From Myxococcota bacterium (GTDB lineage: Bacteria > Myxococcota_A > UBA9160 > JAFDDA01): a DNA stretch of 64,000 nt. The stretch lies in contig OZ245817.1 of NCBI GenBank assembly GCA_965228475.1, forward strand, positions 3,424,001 through 3,488,000, in the 5' to 3' direction. Made by a program: the position numbers and the translations under genes. Shown here one piece after another: positions 52,414 through 61,904 of this stretch. Below the pieces are notes generated by a model. It searched no databases. It had not been told where the DNA came from and saw only the letters and a list, made by a program, of their open reading frames with translations. The first letter of the stretch is position 1; every line of letters begins with the position of its first letter.

Positions 52414-53211
52414 TCAAGGCTCTTCTCCTTCCGCGCGTGCGGCGCGCTTCGCCTGGTTCCAGCGTGCGAGGAGCTCGTCGGGGGCGAGGTCCTTCATGGC
52501 CCGGCCCTCCGCGCGAAGGCCCGCCTCGAGGCGGCGGAAGCGTCCCTCGACCCGGGCGTTGGTCCCCCGCAGGTCGGTCTCGGGGTCGCTCCCGATCGTC
52601 GTGGCCAGATTGGCGACGACGAACAGCACGTCGCCGAGCTCCCGTGCGGCCGCCGCCGCGTCGCCGCGTTCGAGCTCCTCGCGCAGCTCGGCGACCTCCT
52701 CTTCGACCTTGGCGAAGAGCGCCTCGGTGCTTCCCCAGGCGAAGCCGGCCGACGCCATGCGCCGCTGGAGCTTCGCGGCGCGGTTGAGGGCCGGCAGCGC
52801 CCGCGGGACGTCGTCGACCGCGCTGGCCTCGCGGCCGCCGGCTCGGGCCTTGGCCGCGCGCTCGTCCGCCTTGACGGCTTCCCAGCTCGGCGGCGGGCTC
52901 CCCGGCTCCGCGAAGACGTGCGGATGGCGCCGCTCGAGCTTCTCGCAGACGGCATCGACCACGTCCGAGAACCCGAAGGCGCCCTCCTCCTCCGCCATCC
53001 GCGCATGGAAGACGACCTGGAAGAGCAGGTCCCCGAGCTCTTCCCTCAGCGCCACCCGGTCGCCCGAGGCGATGGCGTCGGACACCTCGTAGGCCTCTTC
53101 GATCGTGTAGGGCGCCACGGTCTCGAAGGTCTGGCCGACGTCCCACGGGCAGCCCTTCTCCGGGTCGCGGAGACGGCGCATGATCTCGAGCAGGCGGGAA
53201 GCGTCGCTCAT
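52414..53211 (-). CDS. mazG: Nucleoside triphosphate pyrophosphohydrolase
   Basis: [33 protein letters not shown], second ELGDVLF domain. Confidence 0.93.
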   Translation of the reverse strand: MSDASRLLEIMRRLRDPEKGCPWDVGQTFETVAPYTIEEAYEVSDAIASGDRVALREELGDLLFQVVFHARMAEEEGAFGFSDVVDAVCEKLERRHPHVFAEPGSPPPSWEAVKADERAAKARAGGREASAVDDVPRALPALNRAAKLQRRMASAGFAWGSTEALFAKVEEEVAELREELERGDAAAAARELGDVLFVVANLATTIGSDPETDLRGTNARVEGRFRRLEAGLRAEGRAMKDLAPDELLARWNQAKRAARAEGEEP

Positions 53212-53315
53212 GGCGCGGCCAGACTGCGCCAGCGTGGAGCCCGAGCGCAACCCCCGCGGAGAGAACTCGCCGCCGCACCTCGGGCTCCCGGCCCGGCTGC
53301 GTTACCGTCGCGGCC

Positions 53316-55268
53316 GTGCCGACCGCCCCGCTCTTCGTCCCCAGCGCCGAACGCATCGCGCAGAGCCAGATCGACGCCTTCCGGCGCCGGCTCGCGGCCG
53401 AAGCCGGGGTCGAGCTTCCGGACACCCGCGCACTCTGGCGCTGGTCGATCGAGGAGCGCGAAGCCTTCTGGGCCGCGGTCTGGGACGAGGCCGGAATCCG
53501 GGGAACGCGCGGTGAACGCATCGCCGCGGATGCCGACCGCATGCCCGGCACGCGCTGGTTCCCCGACGCCCGCCTGAACTTCGCCGAGAACCTCCTGCGA
53601 CGCCGCGACGAGAGCCCGGCGATCGTGTTCCGCTCGGAGCACGGGCTCCGGCGGACGCTCTCCTGGCGCGAGCTCGCCGAGGCAACGGCGCGCATCCGGG
53701 CCGCGCTGGCGGCCGAAGGCATCGAGCCCGGCGATCGCGTCGCCGCCTGGCTGCCGAACGTCCCGGAAGCCGTGGCGGTGATGCTCGCCTGCGCGAGCCT
53801 CGGGGCGGTCTTCTCCTCCTGCTCCCCGGACTTCGGAGCGCGGGGCGTCCTCGACCGCTTCGGGCAGATCGAGCCGAAGCTCCTGTTCGCGACCGACGGC
53901 TACTTCTACGGCGGCAAGCGCCACGACGTGCTCGGCAAGCTGCGCGAAGTCCGCGCCGGGCTGCCCTCCGTCGGGCGCGTGGTCGTCGTCCCCTACGGCG
54001 GGGGCGGCGATGCACTCGCCGGGATCGACGGCGCCGTCTGGCTCGACGACTTCGCGCCGCCCAGCGCGACGGCCGACCTCACCTTCGCCGCCCTCCCCTT
54101 CGACCACCCGCTCTACATCCTCTACTCCTCGGGCACGACGGGCGCACCCAAGTGCATCGTCCACGGCGCGGGCGGGACGCTCCTGCAGCACGCGAAGGAG
54201 CACCGCTTCCACGCCGACGTCCGGCCGGGCGACGGACTCTTCTACTTCACGACCCTCGGCTGGATGATGTGGAACTGGCTCGTCTCGGGCCTCGCCGCGG
54301 AGGCGACGCTCCACCTCTACGACGGCTCCCCCTTCCACCCCGAGCCGACCGTGCTCTTCGACTACGTGAGCGAGGAAGGGACGGCGATCTTCGGCACCTC
54401 CGCCAAGTTCCTCGACGCCGCGAAGAAGGCCGGCCTCGCGCCGGCGGACACCCACGACCTCTCCCGCGTGCGGACGATCCTCTCGACGGGCTCCCCCCTC
54501 GTCCCCGAGAGCTTCGACTGGGTCTACCACGCGGTGAAGCGCGACGTGCAGCTCGCCTCGATCTCCGGGGGCACCGACATCGTCTCCTGCTTCGTCGGCG
54601 GCGACCCGACGCTGCCCGTGCACCGCGGCGAGATCCAGGCGCCGGGCCTCGGCATGGCCGTCGACGTCTTCGACGACGAGGGCCAGCCCCTGCGCGGCGC
54701 CAAGGGCGAACTCGTCTGCACGCGGAGCTTCCCCTCGATGCCCCTCGGGTTCTGGAACGACCCGGAAGGCACGCGCTACCGCGAGGCGTACTTCTCGCGG
54801 TTCCCGGGCGTCTGGTGCCACGGCGACTTCGTCGAATGGACGGAGAACGGCGGGTTCGTGGTGCACGGCCGGTCGGACGCCGTGCTGAACCCGGGCGGCG
54901 TGCGCATCGGAACGGCCGAGATCTACCGCCAGGTCGAGGGCCTCGATGCGGTCGAAGAAGCCATCGTCGTCGGCCAGGATTGGGAGGGCGACGTCCGCGT
55001 CGTCCTCTTCGTGCGGCTGCGCGAAGGAAACGTTCTCGACGACGAGCTCATCGGAACGATCCGCAGCCGCATCCGCCAGAACGCCTCGCCGCGCCACGTT
55101 CCGGCGCGGGTGCTCGCGGTGCCGGACATCCCGCGAACGCGGAGCGGGAAGATCGTGGAGCTCGCCGTCCGGGAGGTGGTCCACGGTCGCCCCGTCAAGA
55201 ATCTCGAAGCCCTGGCGAACCCCGAGGCCCTCGAACACTTCCGCGGCCGCGCGGAGCTCGAGAGCTAG
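53316..55268 (+). CDS. Acetoacetate--CoA ligase
   Basis: [64 protein letters not shown]. Confidence 0.93.
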   Translation: MPTAPLFVPSAERIAQSQIDAFRRRLAAEAGVELPDTRALWRWSIEEREAFWAAVWDEAGIRGTRGERIAADADRMPGTRWFPDARLNFAENLLRRRDESPAIVFRSEHGLRRTLSWRELAEATARIRAALAAEGIEPGDRVAAWLPNVPEAVAVMLACASLGAVFSSCSPDFGARGVLDRFGQIEPKLLFATDGYFYGGKRHDVLGKLREVRAGLPSVGRVVVVPYGGGGDALAGIDGAVWLDDFAPPSATADLTFAALPFDHPLYILYSSGTTGAPKCIVHGAGGTLLQHAKEHRFHADVRPGDGLFYFTTLGWMMWNWLVSGLAAEATLHLYDGSPFHPEPTVLFDYVSEEGTAIFGTSAKFLDAAKKAGLAPADTHDLSRVRTILSTGSPLVPESFDWVYHAVKRDVQLASISGGTDIVSCFVGGDPTLPVHRGEIQAPGLGMAVDVFDDEGQPLRGAKGELVCTRSFPSMPLGFWNDPEGTRYREAYFSRFPGVWCHGDFVEWTENGGFVVHGRSDAVLNPGGVRIGTAEIYRQVEGLDAVEEAIVVGQDWEGDVRVVLFVRLREGNVLDDELIGTIRSRIRQNASPRHVPARVLAVPDIPRTRSGKIVELAVREVVHGRPVKNLEALANPEALEHFRGRAELES

Positions 55269-55282
55269 GCGCCGTCCGCCGG

Positions 55283-55918
55283 CTAGAGGACCGTCGACGC
55301 CAGCACGAGCTGCCCGCCGAAGTAGAGCGGCAGCCCCCAGGTCTTGTTCCAGAACGTGCGCGAGACGAACCGCTGCCGGGCCACCGCGAGGTCCGAGACG
55401 TAGAACATCACCGCCCCGATGGCGATCGTGAGCGGCCCGCCGGCCGCGACCGCACCCACCGACGCCACGACCATCGCCGAGATCACCGCGATGTACGCGT
55501 AGACCGGGATGCGCATGGCCTCTTCGACGTGGGGCCGCAGCCAGCGCAGCGCGAGGGCGATCACCGGAACGAGCGCCAGCAGCGCGACGCCCGCGGCGGA
55601 AGCCTCGATGCCCCGCACGAGGAAGGCGACGGCAAAGCCGAGATGTCCGAGCAGGAAGCTCACGAGCCCCGCCAGGAACGTCTTCGACGAATCGGGGATC
55701 AGGAGCACGTCGCCGAAGAAGCACAGCACGAGGGCCGCGAACACCCAGCGCCCGTAGGAGGAGTCGAGGGCGCCCGCGCCGTAGGCCGCCAGCAGGAACC
55801 CCGCGGCCGCGACGGGCTTGGTGAGCCAGACGCCCGCGCGCGAGCCGAACCACTCGGCGGCGAGCAGCAAGGCAAGGAAGACGAGCGTGATGGCGCATCC
55901 GAGCGGGAAGAGATCCAT
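55283..55918 (-). CDS. Lysoplasmalogenase-like membrane protein (YhhN/TMEM86)
   Basis: KP, GDVLL, FLAGLVSFLLGH, FYVSD, LYFGGQ. Confidence 0.88.
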   Translation of the reverse strand: MDLFPLGCAITLVFLALLLAAEWFGSRAGVWLTKPVAAAGFLLAAYGAGALDSSYGRWVFAALVLCFFGDVLLIPDSSKTFLAGLVSFLLGHLGFAVAFLVRGIEASAAGVALLALVPVIALALRWLRPHVEEAMRIPVYAYIAVISAMVVASVGAVAAGGPLTIAIGAVMFYVSDLAVARQRFVSRTFWNKTWGLPLYFGGQLVLASTVL

Positions 55919-55928
55919 CTTCAGCCCC

Positions 55929-57272
55929 TCACTTCCGCGGAACTCGTTTGAAGCTCCCCGCACGCGCCTCGCGCCGGCCGCACCACGGACAGAAGTGCCA
56001 GTAGTCCTTCGAGACGGGCCAGCGGCAGCGCGGGCAGCGGTCCGCGAGCTCGGGATGGCTCCAGGGCCGCTTCGGCTTCTGCTTGCACTCGGGGCAGTAG
56101 CGCATGAACGGACGGAGCTGCCCGTCGCAGCCCTTGCGGGCACACGAGCGCTCGGCCCGCGGGTCACGCGGCGCCTTGCGCCCGTTGCCCTGGAAGCGGC
56201 CCGGGTAGCACCAGGGGCAGGCCCGCCACTCGGCGCGCACGCCCCGCTCGCACTCCGGGCAGACCAGCGACGCGGCCGTGACGTTGCGGAAGGAGTTGTC
56301 CGACGTGCCGCACCAGGGGCAATGGCCCATGGCCTCGGCGATGGGCCCATCACAGCGATGGCACTCGAAGCGCATCTCGAGTTCTTTCCCGTGGGCGCGA
56401 CGGAAGGCCTCGGCCTGGACGGCCAGGGGCGAGCGCGCGGGCGCCTTCTTCTTCGGGCGCGGGCGCGGAGTCCGCGGCTTCCGGACGGGCTCGAGCTTGG
56501 CGAAGACCCGCTCGAGGGCGCGCGAGAGGGCGACCGCGTCCGCGTAGCGTCGCTGGGGCTCGAACTCGGCCGCCTTGCGCAGGATCGGCTGCAACGGCGC
56601 GGGGACCTTCTTCCGGAAGCGGGCATAGCCTTCGAGGGGCCAGCGGAAGGGCCAGGTCGGCAGCACCCCCGTCAACAGGTGGTAGACGATGATGCCGAGG
56701 GAGAAGACGTCCGAGCCGAGGCCGGGACGGCCGTAGGCCTGCTCGGGGGCGACGTATCCGAAGGTCCCGACGTCGGTGAAGTTGCGCGTGGCGGGCGGTT
56801 GGAATCGGGCCACCCCGAAGTCGGTGAGCGCGAAGCGTCCGCCGGGAAAGACCAGGATGTTTTCGGGCTTCACGTCGCGGTGCATGATCTTCTTCGCGTG
56901 GGCGTGGGCCAGCCCGGCCGCGACCTCGCGCGCCACCCGCAGCGCGATCTCCGGCGAGCGCCGTGCGCGGACGTAGGCGCCGAGGTGGGTGCGGGCCAGC
57001 TCGCTCGCCATCACGAACCGCCCGTCGACCCAGTCCGCGTTCAGCAGACCGACGATGTTCGGGTGATCGAGACGGCTCGCGATGCGCGCCTCGTGCTCGA
57101 TCTCGTCCCGGCCCCAGGCGGCCACCATGTCCGGGTGGACCACCTTGAGAGCGACCTTCTGGCGCACCACGCAATCGTGGGCCTTCCAGACCTCCGCGAA
57201 GGAACCGGTGCCGAGCCGACTCTCGAGACGATACTTGCCGAGGCGAGAACCCCTGCGCAGCGTGGTCGCCAC
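55929..57272 (-). CDS. Ser/Thr protein kinase with C-terminal multiple zinc ribbons
   Basis: LGTGSFAEV, VALK, HRDVKPEN, DFG, YVAPE, SDVFSLG; eight Cys pairs in the C-terminus. GTG after GGGAGG. Confidence 0.9.
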   Translation of the reverse strand: MATTLRRGSRLGKYRLESRLGTGSFAEVWKAHDCVVRQKVALKVVHPDMVAAWGRDEIEHEARIASRLDHPNIVGLLNADWVDGRFVMASELARTHLGAYVRARRSPEIALRVAREVAAGLAHAHAKKIMHRDVKPENILVFPGGRFALTDFGVARFQPPATRNFTDVGTFGYVAPEQAYGRPGLGSDVFSLGIIVYHLLTGVLPTWPFRWPLEGYARFRKKVPAPLQPILRKAAEFEPQRRYADAVALSRALERVFAKLEPVRKPRTPRPRPKKKAPARSPLAVQAEAFRRAHGKELEMRFECHRCDGPIAEAMGHCPWCGTSDNSFRNVTAASLVCPECERGVRAEWRACPWCYPGRFQGNGRKAPRDPRAERSCARKGCDGQLRPFMRYCPECKQKPKRPWSHPELADRCPRCRWPVSKDYWHFCPWCGRREARAGSFKRVPRK

Positions 57273-57344
57273 GCGCCCTCCCATCTTGACGGGGCCCAAA
57301 CATAACCCGCTTGCCCGCGACCGGTGGCCTACAATCGCGCCGCC

Positions 57345-58904
57345 ATGAGCTGGCGAGACGAAGTCGAGGGAATCGAGGCACGCCGGGAGCGAGCCGCCGA
57401 ACACGGCGGCGCCGAGGCGGTCGCGCGCCAGCGCTCGAAGGGCCGCGGGACCATCCGCGAGCGCATCGCCGCCTTCGCCGACTTCGAGGGCTTCCACGAA
57501 GAGGGCCCGATCGCGGGCCACGCCGAACTCGGCGAGGACGGGGAGCTCGTCCACTTCACCCCCGCGAACTACGTGCTCGGCGTGGCCCAGGTCGAAGGCC
57601 GGCCCTGCGTCGTGGGGGGCGAGGACTTCACCCACCAGGGGGGCTCGCCTTCTCCCGCCGGGCTGCGCAAGAGCGTCTACGCCGAGGATCTCGCGCTCCA
57701 GTACCGCCTGCCCCTGGTCCGGTTCCTCGAGGGGGGCGGCGGGAGCGTCACCGGCGCCGCCCGGCGGAAGTCCGGCGCGCCGGCGGGCGACGCCGCCTAC
57801 ACCCGCCACCGCTTCCTCTCGATCGCCCAGGTGATGGGCGTGGCGCCGGTCGCCTCGGCCGCCCTCGGCCCCGTCGCCGGCTTCCCGGCGGCCCGCCTCG
57901 TGGCCTCGCACTTCTCGGTGATGACGAAGGAGACCGCGCAGGTCCTGGTCGGCGGGCCCGCGCTGGTGGAGCGCGCCCTCGGCGAGAAGCTCACCAAGGA
58001 AGAGCTCGGCGGAGCCGACGTCCACCTGCCGAACGGCGTCGTCGACAACCTGGCCGAAGACGAAGCGGACGCCATCGCCCAGGTCCGGCGCTTCCTCTCC
58101 TACCTGCCGCGCAACGTCGACGAACTGGCCCCCCGCCTCGAAACGGGCGACCCGCCGGACCGGCGGGAGGAGGCCCTGCTCGAGATCGTCCCGCGCGACC
58201 GGCGGCGGGTCTTCGACGTCCGCCGCATGCTCCGGCTGATCCTCGACGAGGACTCCTTCTTCGAGATCGCGCCGCGCACCGGGCGCGGCCAGGTCACGGG
58301 ACTGGCGCGCCTCGACGGCCACGCGGTCGGCGTCCTGGCCAACGACTCGCGCTTCTACGCCGGCTCGATGACCGCCGACGGGGCCCGCAAGGTCCGCCGC
58401 TTCGTGGACCTCTGCGACACCTTCCACCTGCCGGTGCTCTCCTTCGTCGACGAACCGGGCTTCATGATCGGGCGCGACGCCGAGCGGGCCGGAACGATCC
58501 GCTACGGGGCCCAGGCCCTGTTCGCCGTCGTGCAATCACGCGTGCCCTGGATCAGCATCCACGTGCGCAAGGCATTCGGGGTCGCCGCGGCCGCCCACTT
58601 CGGGCCGAACGCGCGCGTGCTGGCGTGGCCCTCGGCGGAGCGCGGCGCGCTCCCCCTCGAAGGTGGCGTCGCGGTGGCGTTCCGGCGCGAGATCGAAGCC
58701 GCCGAGGACCCGGTGGCCCGGCGCGAAGAGCTCGAGAACCAGCTCGCCGCGCGCCGCTCGCCCTACGCCGCGGCGGAGTCCTTCGCCGTCCACGACCTGA
58801 TCGACCCGCGCGACACGCGCCCCGAGATCGCCCGCTGGCTCTCCTGGGTCGGCCCCCTGCTCGAAGCGGAGCGGGGCCCACGCGCTTACACGGTCCGCCC
58901 GTGA
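57345..58904 (+). CDS. Acyl-CoA carboxylase, carboxyltransferase subunit
   Basis: EDFTHQGGS, GGPALV, EELGG, NGVVDN, GLARLDG, FVDEPGFMIG, IDPRDTR. Confidence 0.9.
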   Translation: MSWRDEVEGIEARRERAAEHGGAEAVARQRSKGRGTIRERIAAFADFEGFHEEGPIAGHAELGEDGELVHFTPANYVLGVAQVEGRPCVVGGEDFTHQGGSPSPAGLRKSVYAEDLALQYRLPLVRFLEGGGGSVTGAARRKSGAPAGDAAYTRHRFLSIAQVMGVAPVASAALGPVAGFPAARLVASHFSVMTKETAQVLVGGPALVERALGEKLTKEELGGADVHLPNGVVDNLAEDEADAIAQVRRFLSYLPRNVDELAPRLETGDPPDRREEALLEIVPRDRRRVFDVRRMLRLILDEDSFFEIAPRTGRGQVTGLARLDGHAVGVLANDSRFYAGSMTADGARKVRRFVDLCDTFHLPVLSFVDEPGFMIGRDAERAGTIRYGAQALFAVVQSRVPWISIHVRKAFGVAAAAHFGPNARVLAWPSAERGALPLEGGVAVAFRREIEAAEDPVARREELENQLAARRSPYAAAESFAVHDLIDPRDTRPEIARWLSWVGPLLEAERGPRAYTVRP

Positions 58905-60883
58905 GGCGCACGCGCGCGCTCCTCCGGCTCTGCGTCCCGGTCCTCACGTTCGCACTCGGGCCCGCGGCCCTCACCGGCTGTTTCTCGGAAGTCGAGACCG
59001 AGGAGGAGGCTCTCGTCGAACCGGGAGTCCCGCCGCCGGCCGAACGCCCGGCGCCCGGCGCCCTCGCCCGCATGGAGCTCGTCGAGGCCCTTCGCAGCGA
59101 CCTCGCCCAGGCGCGCCATCCCTCGGACGGCGGCGGCCGCGCGTGGCTGGAAGACGGCGGCTCGGCCCGGGCCGGCAAGCCGGGCCGATGGACCTTCGTC
59201 TACGAAGCCGGCGAGCTCGGCATCGCGGTCGGCGGGCAGGTCCTGCTCCAGGTCTCGCCCTTCTGGGGCTGGAGCACGCCGCAGACCCTCGACGCCGACG
59301 GGCGCGGGTACACCGAGGCCACGACCGATGCCCCGGGCGTCACCCTGGAAGCGCGCACCCTCGACGAGCAGCTCCTCGGCATCGCCGTCGGCGGGCGCGC
59401 CCTCGCCGCCGGCGAACGGATCCGCATCCGCTACGGCGCCGGCCCAGCCGGCGCGCGCGCCGACCGCTTCGCCGAGCGCGAGTCTCCCTTCTTCTTCGCC
59501 GTCGACGGCGATGGCGACGGGGTGCGGAAGTTCCTCGTGGACACCCCGAAGGTCGACGTGGCGCCCGGCCCCCCGTCGCAGCTGGCCCTCCATCTCCCGG
59601 CCACGGCGAAGCCCGGCGACGAGGTCGCACTCACGCTCGCGGTGCTCGACGCGGAAGGCAGCGCCGGGACGGACTTCGCCGGCGAGATCCGCTTCGGCGA
59701 CCACGGCGAATGGATCGCTCTCCCGGAGACCGTCACGCTCGGCGCAGCGGACCGCGGCCGCACCCGCGTCACCGTCCGGGTGAGCGCCCCGGGCATCGTC
59801 CGCATCCGGACCGAGGGGCCCGAAGGGCTCGAGGCCATCAGCAACCCGATGCGCGTCTCGCCCGACGCGCCGCGCGTGCTCTTCGGCGAGCTCCACGGAC
59901 ACTCGAACTTCTCCGACGGCACCGGAACCCCCGAGGACTACTACGCCTACGCCGACGAGGTCGCGGGCCTCGACTTCGCCGCGCTGACGGACCACGACCA
60001 CTGGGGCATCCCCTTCCTCGACGCCCGGCCGGACATGCGGGAACGCATCGCCCGCGCGACCGAAGCCGCCCACGCCCCCGGGCGCTTCGCCGCGCTGCAC
60101 GGTTACGAGTGGACGAGCTGGCAGTTCGGCCACCGCCACGTGGTCTACTTCGGAGACCGCTCGCCGATGTATTCCTCCATCGACCCGGCCAGCGATACAC
60201 CCGAAGAACTCTGGGCCCTGCTGCGCGGCAAGCCCGCGCTGACCTTCGCCCACCACTCCGCCGGCGGCCCGATCCCGACGGACTGGAACGTCGCGCCGGA
60301 CCCCGAGCTCGAGCCGCTGACGGAGGTGGCTTCCGTCCACGGCAACAGCGAGGCGAGCGACGCGCCGGCCCCGATCTACCGCGCCGTCGAGGGCAACTGG
60401 GTGCGCAACGCCCTCGACCGCGGCTACCGGCTGGGCTTCGTCGGCGGCAGCGATTCCCACGACGGGCACCCGGGCCTCGCCCACATCGCGAGCGGCTGGA
60501 GCGGCCTCGCGGCGGTCTACGCCGAGGAGGCGACGCGCCCGGCCCTGCGGGAGGCCCTCGCCGACCGCCGCGCCTACGCGACCAACGGCCCGCGCATCCT
60601 GCTCGACGTCCGGCTCGCGGGCCACGCCATGGGCCGCGTCCTCCCCGTGGCCGAACTCGGCGAGAAGCCGCAGCTCGTGGTCGACGTGGTCGGCACGGGC
60701 GTGCTCGACCGCATCGACATCGTGCGCAGCAGCGCGGTGGTGGCGAGCACGGGCGCCGAAGGACGAGCGGACCTGCTCTTCTCCTACCCGGTCTCGGGGC
60801 TGCGCGCGGGCGAGTACCTCTACGTGCGCGCGATCCAGCGCGACGGCGGCGCCGCCTGGTCGAGCCCCTTCTTCCTGGAATGA
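58901..60883 (+). CDS. Lipoprotein with Ig-like region and PHP-type (CehA/McbA, DUF3604-like) metallohydrolase domain
   Basis: ALTGC lipobox; GELHGHSNFSDG, LTDHD, GYEWT, GHRHV, GGSDSHDGHPG, YATNG. Confidence 0.82.
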   Translation: MRRTRALLRLCVPVLTFALGPAALTGCFSEVETEEEALVEPGVPPPAERPAPGALARMELVEALRSDLAQARHPSDGGGRAWLEDGGSARAGKPGRWTFVYEAGELGIAVGGQVLLQVSPFWGWSTPQTLDADGRGYTEATTDAPGVTLEARTLDEQLLGIAVGGRALAAGERIRIRYGAGPAGARADRFAERESPFFFAVDGDGDGVRKFLVDTPKVDVAPGPPSQLALHLPATAKPGDEVALTLAVLDAEGSAGTDFAGEIRFGDHGEWIALPETVTLGAADRGRTRVTVRVSAPGIVRIRTEGPEGLEAISNPMRVSPDAPRVLFGELHGHSNFSDGTGTPEDYYAYADEVAGLDFAALTDHDHWGIPFLDARPDMRERIARATEAAHAPGRFAALHGYEWTSWQFGHRHVVYFGDRSPMYSSIDPASDTPEELWALLRGKPALTFAHHSAGGPIPTDWNVAPDPELEPLTEVASVHGNSEASDAPAPIYRAVEGNWVRNALDRGYRLGFVGGSDSHDGHPGLAHIASGWSGLAAVYAEEATRPALREALADRRAYATNGPRILLDVRLAGHAMGRVLPVAELGEKPQLVVDVVGTGVLDRIDIVRSSAVVASTGAEGRADLLFSYPVSGLRAGEYLYVRAIQRDGGAAWSSPFFLE

Positions 60884-60896
60884 CCGGGCCGGTCCG

Positions 60897-61904
60897 ATGA
60901 CCGAACCGATCGTTTCGGTGCTGCTGCCGGTGCGAGACGCCGAGCGCACCCTCGCCGCGGCCCTGCGAAGCGTCACCCGGCAGACGGAGGAGCGCTTCGA
61001 GTGCGTCGTCGTCGACGACGGCTCCGCGGACGGCTCGATCGAGATCGCCCGCCGCTTCGCCGCCGAGGACGAACGCTTCCGGGTGATCGAACGGCGCGCC
61101 GAAGGCCTGGTCCCCGCCCTGAATGCGGGGCTCGAGGCGTGCCGAGGCCGTTTCGTCGCGCGCATGGACGCCGACGACGTGATGCACCGCTGCCGGCTCG
61201 CCCAGCAGCGCGACGCCCTCGAAGAGGACGCCGGCCTCGCGGCCGTCGGCTGCCACGTCCGCCTGTTTCCGGACGGCGAGGTCGGAGACGGAATGCGCGA
61301 GTACCAGGCCTGGTTGAACGGGTTCCGGGGCGAAGCCGAACTCCGCCGCGACGCCTTCGTCGAGTGCCCCCTCGCCCATCCGACCTGGTTCGGACGCCGC
61401 GCCTGGTTCGAAGCCCACCGCTACCGCGACCGCGGGTGGCCCGAGGACTACGACCTCTTCCTGCGCGCCCTGGCCCGTGGCGACCGCCTGGGCGTCGTCC
61501 CGGAGCCGTTCCTCGCCTGGCGCGTGGGACCAGAGCGCCTCTCGCGAACCCACCCGAGCTACGCGATCGAACGCTTCGTCGCGTGCAAGGCGCACTTCCT
61601 CGCCGAGGGATTCCTCGCGGAGTCGGACGAGTACGTGCTCTGGGGATACGGCGGCACCGGCCGGGCCCTGCGCGCGGCCCTCGAGGCCCACGGCCGGCGG
61701 CCCTCGCACATCGTGGAGGTCCATCCGGGACGCCTCGGCCAGCGCATCCACGGCGCCGAGGTGATCGAACCCGCGGCCCTCCCCGCGCTTCCGCGCCGGC
61801 CGCTGCTCGCGTCGGTCGCCGGCGCCGAGCCGCGGGCCGAAGTCCGGGCGGCCCTCGCGCGGATGGGATTCGAGGAGGGGACCGACTTCCTCAGCGTCGC
61901 CTGA
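60897..61904 (+). CDS. Family 2 glycosyltransferase with C-terminal Rossmann-like domain
   Basis: VSVLLPVRD, VDDGSADGS, ARMDADD, EDYDL, then VLWGYGGTGR. Confidence 0.9.
   Translation: MTEPIVSVLLPVRDAERTLAAALRSVTRQTEERFECVVVDDGSADGSIEIARRFAAEDERFRVIERRAEGLVPALNAGLEACRGRFVARMDADDVMHRCRLAQQRDALEEDAGLAAVGCHVRLFPDGEVGDGMREYQAWLNGFRGEAELRRDAFVECPLAHPTWFGRRAWFEAHRYRDRGWPEDYDLFLRALARGDRLGVVPEPFLAWRVGPERLSRTHPSYAIERFVACKAHFLAEGFLAESDEYVLWGYGGTGRALRAALEAHGRRPSHIVEVHPGRLGQRIHGAEVIEPAALPALPRRPLLASVAGAEPRAEVRAALARMGFEEGTDFLSVA

Noticed and set aside
48182..55268. DMSP catabolic cluster (mtoX with prpE and CoA ligases)
   Set aside because: No dmd or ddd genes seen, and unrelated fpg and mazG genes intervene; the co-location is insufficient evidence.
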